From: Bacillus subtilis subsp. subtilis str. 168
GTDB taxonomy: Bacteria > Bacillota > Bacilli > Bacillales > Bacillaceae
Length of the DNA: 32,000 bases
Assembly (NCBI RefSeq): GCF_000009045.1
Contig: NC_000964.3
Span: 1,350,001-1,382,000 of the forward strand
Direction: 5' to 3'
The first letter of the stretch is position 1, and each line of letters begins with the position of its first letter. The position numbers were made by a program, and so were the translations under genes. Below are positions 1 through 7,935 of this stretch, one piece after another. The notes below the pieces were generated by a model. The model saw nothing but the letters and a program-made list of their open reading frames with translations. It ran no database searches and had not been told where the DNA came from.

Positions 1-471
1 TGCTATAAAGAATAAAACCAAGGACAAAGGCAATAATTGGTGATAGAATCAGTGCTTCAATGATTTTAATGAAGCCCTTATAGTTTAACGCTGCAAATCC
101 GGCTGCCGCAATGGCTGCACCGGCAATAGCGCCGATGATGGCATGGGATGAGCTGCTTGGGATACCGTAGTACCATGTGATAAGGTTCCAGGCAATTGCA
201 GCGAGTAGCGCAGCCAAAATGACAACAGAGCCATTTTCCAGCGTATAAGGATCTACGATGTCTTTCGTAATGGTTTTGGCAACACCTGTAAACGTCATTG
301 CTCCGACAAAGTTCATCACAGCAGCCAATATAATGGCATGGCGCGGTTTTAACGCTTTTGTTGATACCGAAGTCGCAATTGCGTTTGCCGTATCATGAAA
401 CCCGTTGATGAAATCAAACGCCAGAGCACAAATGACTATTAGTATCGTTAATATTAATAGAATATCCATTT
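1..471 (-). CDS. pit: PiT-family inorganic phosphate transporter, N-terminal part, truncated by the window edge
   Basis: Minus-strand open frame from the ATG at 471, absent from the ORF track because it is truncated. It begins MDILLILTILIVICALAFDFINGFHDTANAIATSVSTKAL, which carries the PiT GFHDTANAIAT signature. RBS-like GAGGGG lies upstream. Confidence 0.93.
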
Positions 472-481
472 TTACCCCTCG

Positions 482-1099
482 TTACGCGTTTTTCATAATG
501 ATGGTTTCAAGATTATTGGCAACACTTTGACAAGAGTCGGCGATTTCTTCAAGCGTTTCGTATATTTCACGATATTGAATGACTTTGATTGGATCTGTTT
601 CATTTCCGAAAAGATTCTTTAATGATTTTCTGTGCAAGTTGTCACAACTGTGCTCATACTCTTTAATTTTGATTGCGTGAGGCTGAATATCCTTTAAGCG
701 ATTTTCTGCCAGCAGCTCGATCGTAATCAAAATCTCTTTCGCACATTCTCTGATATATCCGCTGAATTTATCAATATGCTCGTCTGATGAAGTAATTGAG
801 AAAATCTCCATCATGGCAGAGAAATGTTCGATTCCGTCAAGCACATCATCCAAGCTGTTTGTCAGCTGAAGGATATCTTCGCGCTCAATAGGAGTGATGA
901 ACGCTTTGTTAAGCTCTTTAATCATGACATGAACATGATTGTCACCTTTTGTTTCATATTCCTTTAACGTATCTGCAAATTCTTTAAGAGTCGTTTGGTT
1001 AGTGACCTTAAAATTCACAAAATATTCTGCAGTTTCGTCTATGTTCTTTGCAATTTCTGTTAAAAGGAGTGAGAACTTATCTTTTTTTCTTCTTATCAT
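482..1099 (-). CDS. ykaA: PhoU-like / DUF47 phosphate transport accessory protein
   Basis: ORF 482..1135. The probable start is MIRRKKDKFSLLL at 1099, preceded by GGAGGG. It sits immediately upstream of pit in the same orientation. Helical DUF47-type sequence. Confidence 0.9.
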   Translation of the reverse strand: MIRRKKDKFSLLLTEIAKNIDETAEYFVNFKVTNQTTLKEFADTLKEYETKGDNHVHVMIKELNKAFITPIEREDILQLTNSLDDVLDGIEHFSAMMEIFSITSSDEHIDKFSGYIRECAKEILITIELLAENRLKDIQPHAIKIKEYEHSCDNLHRKSLKNLFGNETDPIKVIQYREIYETLEEIADSCQSVANNLETIIMKNA

Positions 1100-1340
1100 T
1101 AAAAACCCTCCATAGTTTGAATGAACAATGCACACATCAAATTATTATATAGCCTTTTGTCGAAAAAAAACAGGTAAAGTCGAAAAAAACGTATCTTGAC
1201 TTTTTTGATAAATCGTGTCTCCTTATTTTGACCTACTTCGCTTTAAAAAAACGACCCAAGTTTGCAAAAACTTTCTGCTTAACGTAAAAAGTATATCAAA
1301 AGTTGTGTTTTTCCTGTCAACTTTTATCTTCTGTTTCACC

Positions 1341-1373
1341 AAAAAACGGTTCCCTAAACAAGGGAACCGTTTT
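1341..1373 (-). terminator. Rho-independent terminator of steT
   Basis: AAAAAACGGTTCCCTaaacAAGGGAACCGTTTT: strong stem with a T tract on the minus strand, directly 3' of the steT stop. Confidence 0.85.
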
Positions 1374-1374
1374 A

Positions 1375-2691
1375 TCAGCTTGCTTTTCGTTTTTTCATCC
1401 CGTAATAAACAGGCAGTCCGGCAAGGCCGATGAGGATGGATAATCCGCAGCTCATTGTATCTGTAATGAGTGTGCTGCCTAACACAAAGAAGGAGCCCGC
1501 GATTGCCAGAATTGGCATAAATGGATAAAGCGGAACACTGTAGGCGCGCTTTTCTCCCTTTGCTCGCTTGCGGAGAATAAACACTGCAAAAAAGGCCATC
1601 ACATAAAAAATGTAGATCATGAAAATGGAGATTTCTGAGAGCTTATCAGGGTTGCTGATCAGCATCATAATCAAAGCCAAAGCAATTTGAAAAGAAATCG
1701 CAATCCATGGTGTGCGGAACGACGGGTGTACATGTGACAGTTTTTCAGCAAATGGAAGCTGTTTGCGTTCCGCCATTGCAAATGAAACACGCGGGAAAGA
1801 AAGCACCTTTCCATTTAAGCACCCAAAGATGCTGACGATAATCCCTACACTGATCAGCTTTCCGCCAATTGAACCGAACAGCATGGTTGCAGCGGTGCTT
1901 GTCGCATTTTCACCAAGCGTGACAATTTCGTTCGCTGACAGGATGTGAAGCAATGCAAAATTAATGAAAATATAGATCGCCGTTACAATTAATAATCCGC
2001 CCGTCATAGCGCGTGGCAGCAGCTTTTCGGGATTTTTCATTTCTCCGCCGAGAGCGGCAAGGAGAATCCATCCGTCATAAGCAAACAACGTAGCTAAAAT
2101 AGCCGCCCCGAAGTTCATATCAGAAATGCTTTCGTTTACTGCTGTGAAGATGTGCTGATCGCCTTTCCAAAGGCCAAAGACGATGATGCAGGCAATCGGA
2201 ATCAGTTTTCCGATCGTTGTCAGCGTTTGGACAAAACCGCCGTATTTTGTACCGATAATATTAATGACGCATAAAAAGAGAACTGCTATAATTCCAATGA
2301 CTTTTGATAGTCCAGATCCCCAGCCGAAAAGATTCGCCATTAAAGATCCAAAATATAAACCCAGCGCGCCAATAATCGCCGGGCCGTAAATGATAATCTG
2401 CACCCAGCCGCACAAAAATCCCCAAAACTCGCCGTACACTTCTTCAAGGTACGTATAAAGCCCGCCGGTTTTTGGAATCTGCGTTCCGATTTCCGCGATT
2501 GTCAAACCGCCCGCCAGTGTTAAAATACCGCCTAACAGCCAGGCGAAAAGCGCCATTTTTGAATCACCTGAATAAGCAAGCACAGCGCCGGGCTTCATAA
2601 AAACACCAGAACCGATAATGGTTCCGATGACAAGAGTAAGGGCAAACAAGAGGCCTATCTCTTTTTTCAAACCGTTGTCTTCAGTATGCAT
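1375..2691 (-). CDS. steT: APC superfamily amino acid transporter (serine/threonine exchanger)
   Basis: 438-aa multi-helix protein beginning GLLFALTLVIGTIIGSGVFMKPG (APC/LAT signature). Recognised as SteT/YkbA. Confidence 0.93.
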   Translation of the reverse strand: MHTEDNGLKKEIGLLFALTLVIGTIIGSGVFMKPGAVLAYSGDSKMALFAWLLGGILTLAGGLTIAEIGTQIPKTGGLYTYLEEVYGEFWGFLCGWVQIIIYGPAIIGALGLYFGSLMANLFGWGSGLSKVIGIIAVLFLCVINIIGTKYGGFVQTLTTIGKLIPIACIIVFGLWKGDQHIFTAVNESISDMNFGAAILATLFAYDGWILLAALGGEMKNPEKLLPRAMTGGLLIVTAIYIFINFALLHILSANEIVTLGENATSTAATMLFGSIGGKLISVGIIVSIFGCLNGKVLSFPRVSFAMAERKQLPFAEKLSHVHPSFRTPWIAISFQIALALIMMLISNPDKLSEISIFMIYIFYVMAFFAVFILRKRAKGEKRAYSVPLYPFMPILAIAGSFFVLGSTLITDTMSCGLSILIGLAGLPVYYGMKKRKAS

Positions 2692-3039
2692 GTCCTTAAC
2701 CTCCTATGATGTTGAAGCTTCATGTTGAAGAATCTATTTTTTCATATTGTAAACCCTATTTTAGAAAAGTGAAATAAAATAAATTTTCTGATTTTCGAAA
2801 TTTGCTTTGTGTACAGCAGATAAAACTGTAGAAATACCTGTTTTAATGGTCTATAAACGAATAAAATTCATAATTTTTATTTACAAAGTTCGTGTTTTAT
2901 GTATTAGGATTTTAGCCGGTACAGAGGGGAGATGAGAATTCAGAAAATGAACGAACCTTCGGTGAAGCTGATATGTTGACTTTCTCATGCGAATAAAATA
3001 CTTTGTTATTAGAACAATAAATATACAATTATGATATGA

Positions 3040-3057
3040 TATCTCGAAATCGAGATA
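3040..3057. promoter_or_regulatory. MhqR-type operator upstream of mhqA
   Basis: TATCTCGA-AA-TCGAGATA: perfect 8-bp inverted arms, 23 bp before the mhqA start. Matches the recalled MhqR operator pattern. Confidence 0.8.
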
Positions 3058-3079
3058 AAATAACCTGGAGGGACAGCAT

Positions 3080-4030
3080 ATGAAAGTTAACGGCATTCAC
3101 CACGTATCGGCATTAACGGCCGACGCACAAAAAAACTTGGATTTCTATAAGAAAGTATTAGGATTAAAGCTCGTCAAAAAATCCGTCAATCAGGATGAAC
3201 CGACAATGTACCATCTGTTCTACGGAGATGAAGTGGCAAACCCGGGAACTGAGCTGACGTTTTTCGAGATTCCCCGCATTGCACCGTTTCATGCGGGAAC
3301 AAACAGTATTTCTTCTATTGGATTGCGCGTTCCAGGCACAGAAGCCCTGCATTACTGGAAAGAACGTTTTGAAGAGCAGCAAGTAACGCACAGCGGCATC
3401 TCCAAAAGAGCCGGACGTGACATATTGGCATTTCAAGATCATGAGGGGCAGCGACTTGTGCTGACTGCTGATGAGGAAGGAAAAGGATATGGCCTGCCTG
3501 TTAAACAGAGCGGCATTCCGGAAGAATTTTCGTTTCGCGGGTTAGGGCCGGTTGAACTGACTGTGCCATATGCTGAACCAACTTTACACGTATTGACGAA
3601 TATTCTTGGATTTACAGAAATCAGCCGTGAACCAGTCGAAGGGCAAGGAACCGCCGTTATTCTGGAATCAGGAGAAGGCGGTGCTGCAACGGAAATCCAT
3701 TTAATAGAAAGAAACGATCTTCCGCGAGAGCGTCAAGGCAAAGGGAGTGTTCACCACGTCGCATTTCGGGTAAGAGATGAAGAAGAACTTGCCGGGTGGC
3801 ACCGGATCATCAGCCGCGAAGGCTTTAGCAATTCAGGCATAGTTGAGCGCTACTATTTCAAGGCGCTGTATTTCAGAGAACCGAACGGCATTTTGTTCGA
3901 GTTATCAACAGACGGACCGGGCTTTATGGTAGATGAAAATCTTGATGAGCTTGGCCAAACGATTGCTCTTCCGCCATATCTAGAGCATCGAAGAGCAGAA
4001 ATTGAAGCAAAATTGAAACCGATCCAATAA
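3080..4030 (+). CDS. mhqA: VOC/glyoxalase-family ring-cleavage dioxygenase-like protein (hydroquinone/catechol stress)
   Basis: 316-aa protein with two VOC modules (GIHHVSALTADAQKNLDFY and GPVELTVPYAEPTLHVLTNILGF; SVHHVAFRV). GGAGG RBS. Recognised as YkcA/MhqA. Confidence 0.9.
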   Translation: MKVNGIHHVSALTADAQKNLDFYKKVLGLKLVKKSVNQDEPTMYHLFYGDEVANPGTELTFFEIPRIAPFHAGTNSISSIGLRVPGTEALHYWKERFEEQQVTHSGISKRAGRDILAFQDHEGQRLVLTADEEGKGYGLPVKQSGIPEEFSFRGLGPVELTVPYAEPTLHVLTNILGFTEISREPVEGQGTAVILESGEGGAATEIHLIERNDLPRERQGKGSVHHVAFRVRDEEELAGWHRIISREGFSNSGIVERYYFKALYFREPNGILFELSTDGPGFMVDENLDELGQTIALPPYLEHRRAEIEAKLKPIQ

Positions 4031-4045
4031 ATTGTGATTCTTTTG

Positions 4046-4075
4046 CCTTCCGGCGCCGCCGGAGGGCTTTTTTTA
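4046..4075 (+). terminator. Rho-independent terminator of mhqA
   Basis: CCTTCCGGCgccGCCGGAGGG followed by a T8 tract. Confidence 0.85.
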
Positions 4076-4130
4076 TTACCATAATTAATTTTGACCTAAA
4101 CAGCATGCCTTATTAGGGAGGAAATATCAG

Positions 4131-4277
4131 ATGCTGATTGGGAGAAATGGCTTAAAACCCTTTGCAAATATGGGTGATTGGTATGGAATGGCCTCGGCAA
4201 AAATATTGTCTTTGTTTATTAATAGTTTATTCATATTTGCTTGTTACACTATTTCAAAGTTAGACAAAAAGGAGTGA
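4131..4277 (+). CDS. Small putative membrane-associated protein, 48 aa, upstream of ykcB
   Basis: Not in the ORF track. ATG at 4131, preceded by AGGGAGGAAATATCAG. Translates to MLIGRNGLKPFANMGDWYGMASAKILSLFINSLFIFACYTISKLDKKE. The stop at 4275-4277 lies within the RBS region of ykcB (AAAAAGGAGTG). Confidence 0.5.
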   Translation: MLIGRNGLKPFANMGDWYGMASAKILSLFINSLFIFACYTISKLDKKE

Positions 4278-4284
4278 AAAATAA

Positions 4285-6435
4285 GTGGAAAAGAAAAAAC
4301 GCGAGCTGGATATCGTCCTCCTCCTCATTTTGCTCGCATCTGCATTCTTAAATATCTATAACATTTGGAAGGACGACACGGTGAATCCTTATTACACCGC
4401 GGCAGTTACAAGTATGATGCAAAGCTTTCATAATTTCTTTTATGCTTCGTTCGATGCTGCCGGCTTTATAACAGTAGATAAACCGCCTGTTACATACCAA
4501 ATCCAAACGATCAGCGCACTGATATTCGGTATGCACGGCTGGAGCGTCATCCTGCCTCAGGCACTTGCTGGTGTAGGTTCTGTCCTTCTTATGTACTTGC
4601 TGATAAAGCCGACATTTGGAAAAACGGCGGCGCGTATTGCCTCATTTGTTATGGCATGTACGCCGATAGCTGTAGCTGTAGCACGTACAAACAATGTTGA
4701 TGCATTACTGGTATTTTTCTTATTGCTTGCTACATGGCTTCTCTTTAAAGCGATCAGAAAAGGAAAGCTGATCTGGCTGTTAGCAGCATTTTTCGTTGTT
4801 GGAGTAGGTTTTAATACAAAAATGCTGCAGGCTTACATGATTTTACCGGCTTTCTTATTGTTCTATCTGATTGCGGCAAACGCCACAATCAAGAAAAAAA
4901 TCGTTTCATTGGTAAGTGCGTTAGCCGTATTAGCAGCCGTTTCGTTATCGTGGCCGCTCATTGTTGACAATATCCCTGCAAGCAAGCGGCCTTATATCGG
5001 AAGCAGCCAAACCAACTCTGTTTTGGAATTGGCTTTCGGCTATAACGGAATCCAGCGGCTGACAGGCCAAAATTCAGGCGGCGGCCAGGGTGCGCCAAAC
5101 AAAGACGCTTCAAAAGAAATGTCTTCTTCTGATAACACTCAAGCACCGCCTAATCAGTCATCAAGCAACAGCTCATCAAGCGATGGTAAATCCTCAAATG
5201 GCAATATGGCGGCGCCTCCATCCAATGGCCAAATGCCAAGCGGCGGTCAAGGAGGCCCTCCAAGCGGCGGAGATGGCGGCCAAGGCGGACCCGGCGGAGA
5301 CGGAGGGAAAGGCGGTACAGGAACCGGTTCGAAAATGCAATCAGGTTCAGGGATGTTTGGAACGGGAACACCTGGTCCACTGCGGCTTTTCCAACAAGAG
5401 TTATCTGATCAAATCAGCTGGCTTCTGCCATTTGCGATATTTGGAATCGCAGGCTTACTGATCGCTGGCGCAAGAGAAAGAAGAAGATTATCTGTAGAGC
5501 AGAAGGAAACGGTGTTCTGGGTTGCGTGGCTTGTACCGATTGCCGGATTCTTCAGTGTCGCAGAATTTTTCCATCATTATTATCTCATCATGCTGGCACC
5601 GCCGATTGCGGCTCTTGTCGGTGCGGGGTGGGTCGCTCTTGTTCATCTGTACCGCAATCAGACAGGCTGGAAAGCATGGCTTTTGCCGGGAGCAATTATT
5701 GCGACAACTGGATTTGAATTGTTTATTCTCAGAAACTACAACGATCAAATCGGTGTTGGATGGAGTATCGGGGTAGGTGTTATCGGCGTGTTGTCAGCGA
5801 TTGCTTTGCTGCTGTTTAAACAGCGCCAAAAACCGTTCAGTTATTATGTTTCACTTGCAGCTCTCCTCGCATTGCTGGTGATGCCGATGTATTGGGCAAG
5901 TACACCGCTTCTGTACGGAGGCAACAGCTCACTGCCTGAAACAGGCCCTCAACTCGCATCAATGAGCGGAAAAGGCATGGGAATGTCTGATGCGACTGTA
6001 AATGAAAAACTGATCAAATATCTAGAGGAGAATAACTCCGGAGCTGAATACCTATTCGCCACAACCGATTCGAACACAGCGGCACCATATATCATTAAAA
6101 CGAAAAAAGCTGTCATGGCTATTGGTGGATACAGCGGTTCTGACCCGGCAATCACACTGACTCAATTCAAAAAACTTGTAAAAGAAGGAAAAGTGAAATA
6201 CTTCTTGGCTTCTGGAATGGGAAGAGGCGGAAACAATGACATTGTTGAATGGGTTGAGAAAAATGGAAAAGAAGTAGCATCAGAAAAATGGCAATCAAGT
6301 TCTGATCAAAAAACAGAAAATACTGATTCAGCTGATACATCAAGCAGCAAGGCTTCAGGTGAAAACGGCAAAATGGGCGGACCTGGCGGAATGAATCAGT
6401 CAGCAACATTATACGAACTACATGCTGATGAATAG
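4285..6435 (+). CDS. ykcB: Polytopic membrane glycosyltransferase, ArnT/PMT-like (GT39/GT83 type)
   Basis: 716 aa, GTG start after AAGGAGTG. N-terminal motif FYASFDAAGFITVDKPPVTYQIQTISALIFGMHGWSVILPQALAG, many hydrophobic segments, adjacent to a DPMS-like GT2. Confidence 0.9.
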   Translation: MEKKKRELDIVLLLILLASAFLNIYNIWKDDTVNPYYTAAVTSMMQSFHNFFYASFDAAGFITVDKPPVTYQIQTISALIFGMHGWSVILPQALAGVGSVLLMYLLIKPTFGKTAARIASFVMACTPIAVAVARTNNVDALLVFFLLLATWLLFKAIRKGKLIWLLAAFFVVGVGFNTKMLQAYMILPAFLLFYLIAANATIKKKIVSLVSALAVLAAVSLSWPLIVDNIPASKRPYIGSSQTNSVLELAFGYNGIQRLTGQNSGGGQGAPNKDASKEMSSSDNTQAPPNQSSSNSSSSDGKSSNGNMAAPPSNGQMPSGGQGGPPSGGDGGQGGPGGDGGKGGTGTGSKMQSGSGMFGTGTPGPLRLFQQELSDQISWLLPFAIFGIAGLLIAGARERRRLSVEQKETVFWVAWLVPIAGFFSVAEFFHHYYLIMLAPPIAALVGAGWVALVHLYRNQTGWKAWLLPGAIIATTGFELFILRNYNDQIGVGWSIGVGVIGVLSAIALLLFKQRQKPFSYYVSLAALLALLVMPMYWASTPLLYGGNSSLPETGPQLASMSGKGMGMSDATVNEKLIKYLEENNSGAEYLFATTDSNTAAPYIIKTKKAVMAIGGYSGSDPAITLTQFKKLVKEGKVKYFLASGMGRGGNNDIVEWVEKNGKEVASEKWQSSSDQKTENTDSADTSSSKASGENGKMGGPGGMNQSATLYELHADE

Positions 6436-6446
6436 GAGGCAAAAAC

Positions 6447-7418
6447 ATGAGCAGACATATTCAATATTCAATTGTTGTACCTGTGTATAATGAAGAGCTT
6501 GTCATTCATGAAACCTATCAGCGCTTAAAAGAGGTCATGGATCAAACGAAGGAAAACTACGAGCTGCTTTTTGTCAACGATGGCAGCAAAGACCGCAGTA
6601 TTGAGATTTTAAGAGAGCACAGCCTGATCGATCCGAGAGTGAAAATTATTGATTTTTCAAGGAATTTTGGACATCAGATCGCCATTACGGCAGGTATGGA
6701 TTATGCACAGGGGAATGCAATCGTCGTCATTGACGCCGATTTGCAGGACCCTCCTGAACTGATTTTAGAAATGATTGAAAAGTGGAAGGAAGGCTATGAA
6801 GTCGTGTACGCCGTACGGACTAAACGAAAAGGGGAAACCTTTTTCAAAAAACAAACCGCGGCTATGTTTTACCGGCTTCTCAGCGGTATGACAGATATTG
6901 ATATCCCGATTGATACGGGGGATTTTCGCCTCATGGACAGAAAAGTCTGTGATGAAATGAAGAGATTAAAAGAAAAAAATCCATTTGTAAGAGGGCTAGT
7001 CAGCTGGGTGGGTTTCAAACAGACAGCGGTCGAGTATGTACGTGATGAAAGGCTCGCCGGAGAAACAAAGTACCCGCTCAAGAAAATGCTGAAGCTGTCA
7101 ATGGACGGCATCACGACATTTTCACATAAACCGCTGAAGCTGGCAAGCTATGCGGGGATTTTAATGTCAGGTACTGGATTTCTGTATATGTTTATCGTGC
7201 TGTATCTGAAGCTATTCACAGACAGCACGATTACCGGCTGGTCATCACTTATTGTGATCCAGCTCCTGTTCAGCGGCATTGTCCTTCTGATTTTGGGCGT
7301 GATTGGCGAATATATCGGCAGAATCTACGATGAAGCCAAAGACAGGCCGCTTTACATCGTCCAAAAATCGTATGGAATTGAAAATAAAAGACTCTATAGA
7401 GACCAGCATATGTCATAA
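6447..7418 (+). CDS. ykcC: GT2 family polyprenyl-phosphate glycosyltransferase (DPM1/GtrB-like)
   Basis: 323 aa. Motifs YSIVVPVYNEE, DADLQDPPELI, DTGDFRLMDRKV, plus two C-terminal TM helices. Confidence 0.92.
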   Translation: MSRHIQYSIVVPVYNEELVIHETYQRLKEVMDQTKENYELLFVNDGSKDRSIEILREHSLIDPRVKIIDFSRNFGHQIAITAGMDYAQGNAIVVIDADLQDPPELILEMIEKWKEGYEVVYAVRTKRKGETFFKKQTAAMFYRLLSGMTDIDIPIDTGDFRLMDRKVCDEMKRLKEKNPFVRGLVSWVGFKQTAVEYVRDERLAGETKYPLKKMLKLSMDGITTFSHKPLKLASYAGILMSGTGFLYMFIVLYLKLFTDSTITGWSSLIVIQLLFSGIVLLILGVIGEYIGRIYDEAKDRPLYIVQKSYGIENKRLYRDQHMS

Positions 7419-7423
7419 CCTCA

Positions 7424-7456
7424 AACCCCCTGTCCGTAATGGACAGGGGGTTTTTA
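7424..7456 (+). terminator. Rho-independent terminator of ykcBC
   Basis: ACCCCCTGTCCgtaatGGACAGGGGGTTTTT. Confidence 0.9.
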
Positions 7457-7555
7457 TGCTCTGAGCACGATCTAAAGCAAAAGATGCTGATAGATATATG
7501 GAAATTGGGTAAAGAAGAGATTGTGAGCTTGTACTGCGGTTCAGTCATGCTGAAA

Positions 7556-7597
7556 TAAAAACAGCAAAACTTAAAGATTTCGTCCTCGGCTTTGCTG
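7556..7597 (-). terminator. Candidate terminator for the small membrane ORF
   Basis: CAGCAAA (7562-7568) pairs with TTTGCTG (7591-7597). On the minus strand it is followed by a T tract. The loop is long. Confidence 0.35.
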
Positions 7598-7601
7598 CAT
7601 G

Positions 7602-7778
7602 TCAGCTGTTATATTGGGGGGCTTTTAAGAAACGCATGATTAGAGCCGTACCAGTTATGTTTAATAGAATACTCGTACCCAATACAATTCCCCACGTCAA
7701 CGTCGATTCAGAGAGAAGAAAGCTCAGCAAAAGAAAAGCCAATCCTGCGCAGATCATACCCAGTCCCACGGTTTTCAT
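7602..7778 (-). CDS. Small integral membrane protein, 58 aa, two predicted TM helices
   Basis: Track ORF 7602..7796. The best start by RBS (AGGAGG, 7-nt spacing) is MKTVGLGMICAGLAFLLLSFLLSESTLTWGIVLGTSILLNITGTALIMRFLKAPQYNS. Confidence 0.7.
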   Translation of the reverse strand: MKTVGLGMICAGLAFLLLSFLLSESTLTWGIVLGTSILLNITGTALIMRFLKAPQYNS

Positions 7779-7802
7779 GTTCATGCCTCCTAGCAAACGA
7801 TG

Positions 7803-7831
7803 TTTCTAGCATCTGATGTGAATGATGTCAA
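7803..7831 (-). promoter_or_regulatory. Candidate SigA-type promoter for the small membrane ORF
   Basis: Minus strand TTGACA - 17 nt - TAGAAA ending about 25 nt before the start codon. Confidence 0.45.
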
Positions 7832-7894
7832 TCTGTATGATATACGGATATCTCGTCAGAAAGTTTCATAGAACAATTAGGTCTTTTATCTAAT

Positions 7895-7927
7895 AAAAAG
7901 CCTCAGACCGCTTTTACGGCCTGAGGC
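7895..7927 (-). terminator. Rho-independent terminator of htrA
   Basis: AAAAAGCCTCAGaCCGcttttaCGGcCTGAGGC. T tract on the minus strand. Confidence 0.85.
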
Positions 7928-7935
7928 ATTATGTC

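Noticed and set aside
1215-1433. Plus-strand 72-aa ORF in the ykaA-steT gap
   Set aside because: Runs through the steT terminator and into the antisense of steT; no credible RBS and composition looks like random AT-rich frame.
2881-3096. Minus-strand 71-aa ORF upstream of mhqA
   Set aside because: Covers the mhqA operator and RBS on the opposite strand; no RBS or domain-like sequence.
5090-5380. Nucleotide-level tandem repeat or CRISPR-like array in ykcB
   Set aside because: GGCGG/CAAGG units are irregular in length and sequence with no constant repeat-spacer structure; this is a coding low-complexity tract.
5090-5461. 123-aa and 76-aa ORFs overlapping the low-complexity part of ykcB
   Set aside because: Alternate-frame readings of the GC-rich GGN repeats. 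The biased codons keep several frames open; the ykcB frame is the one continuous with membrane segments.
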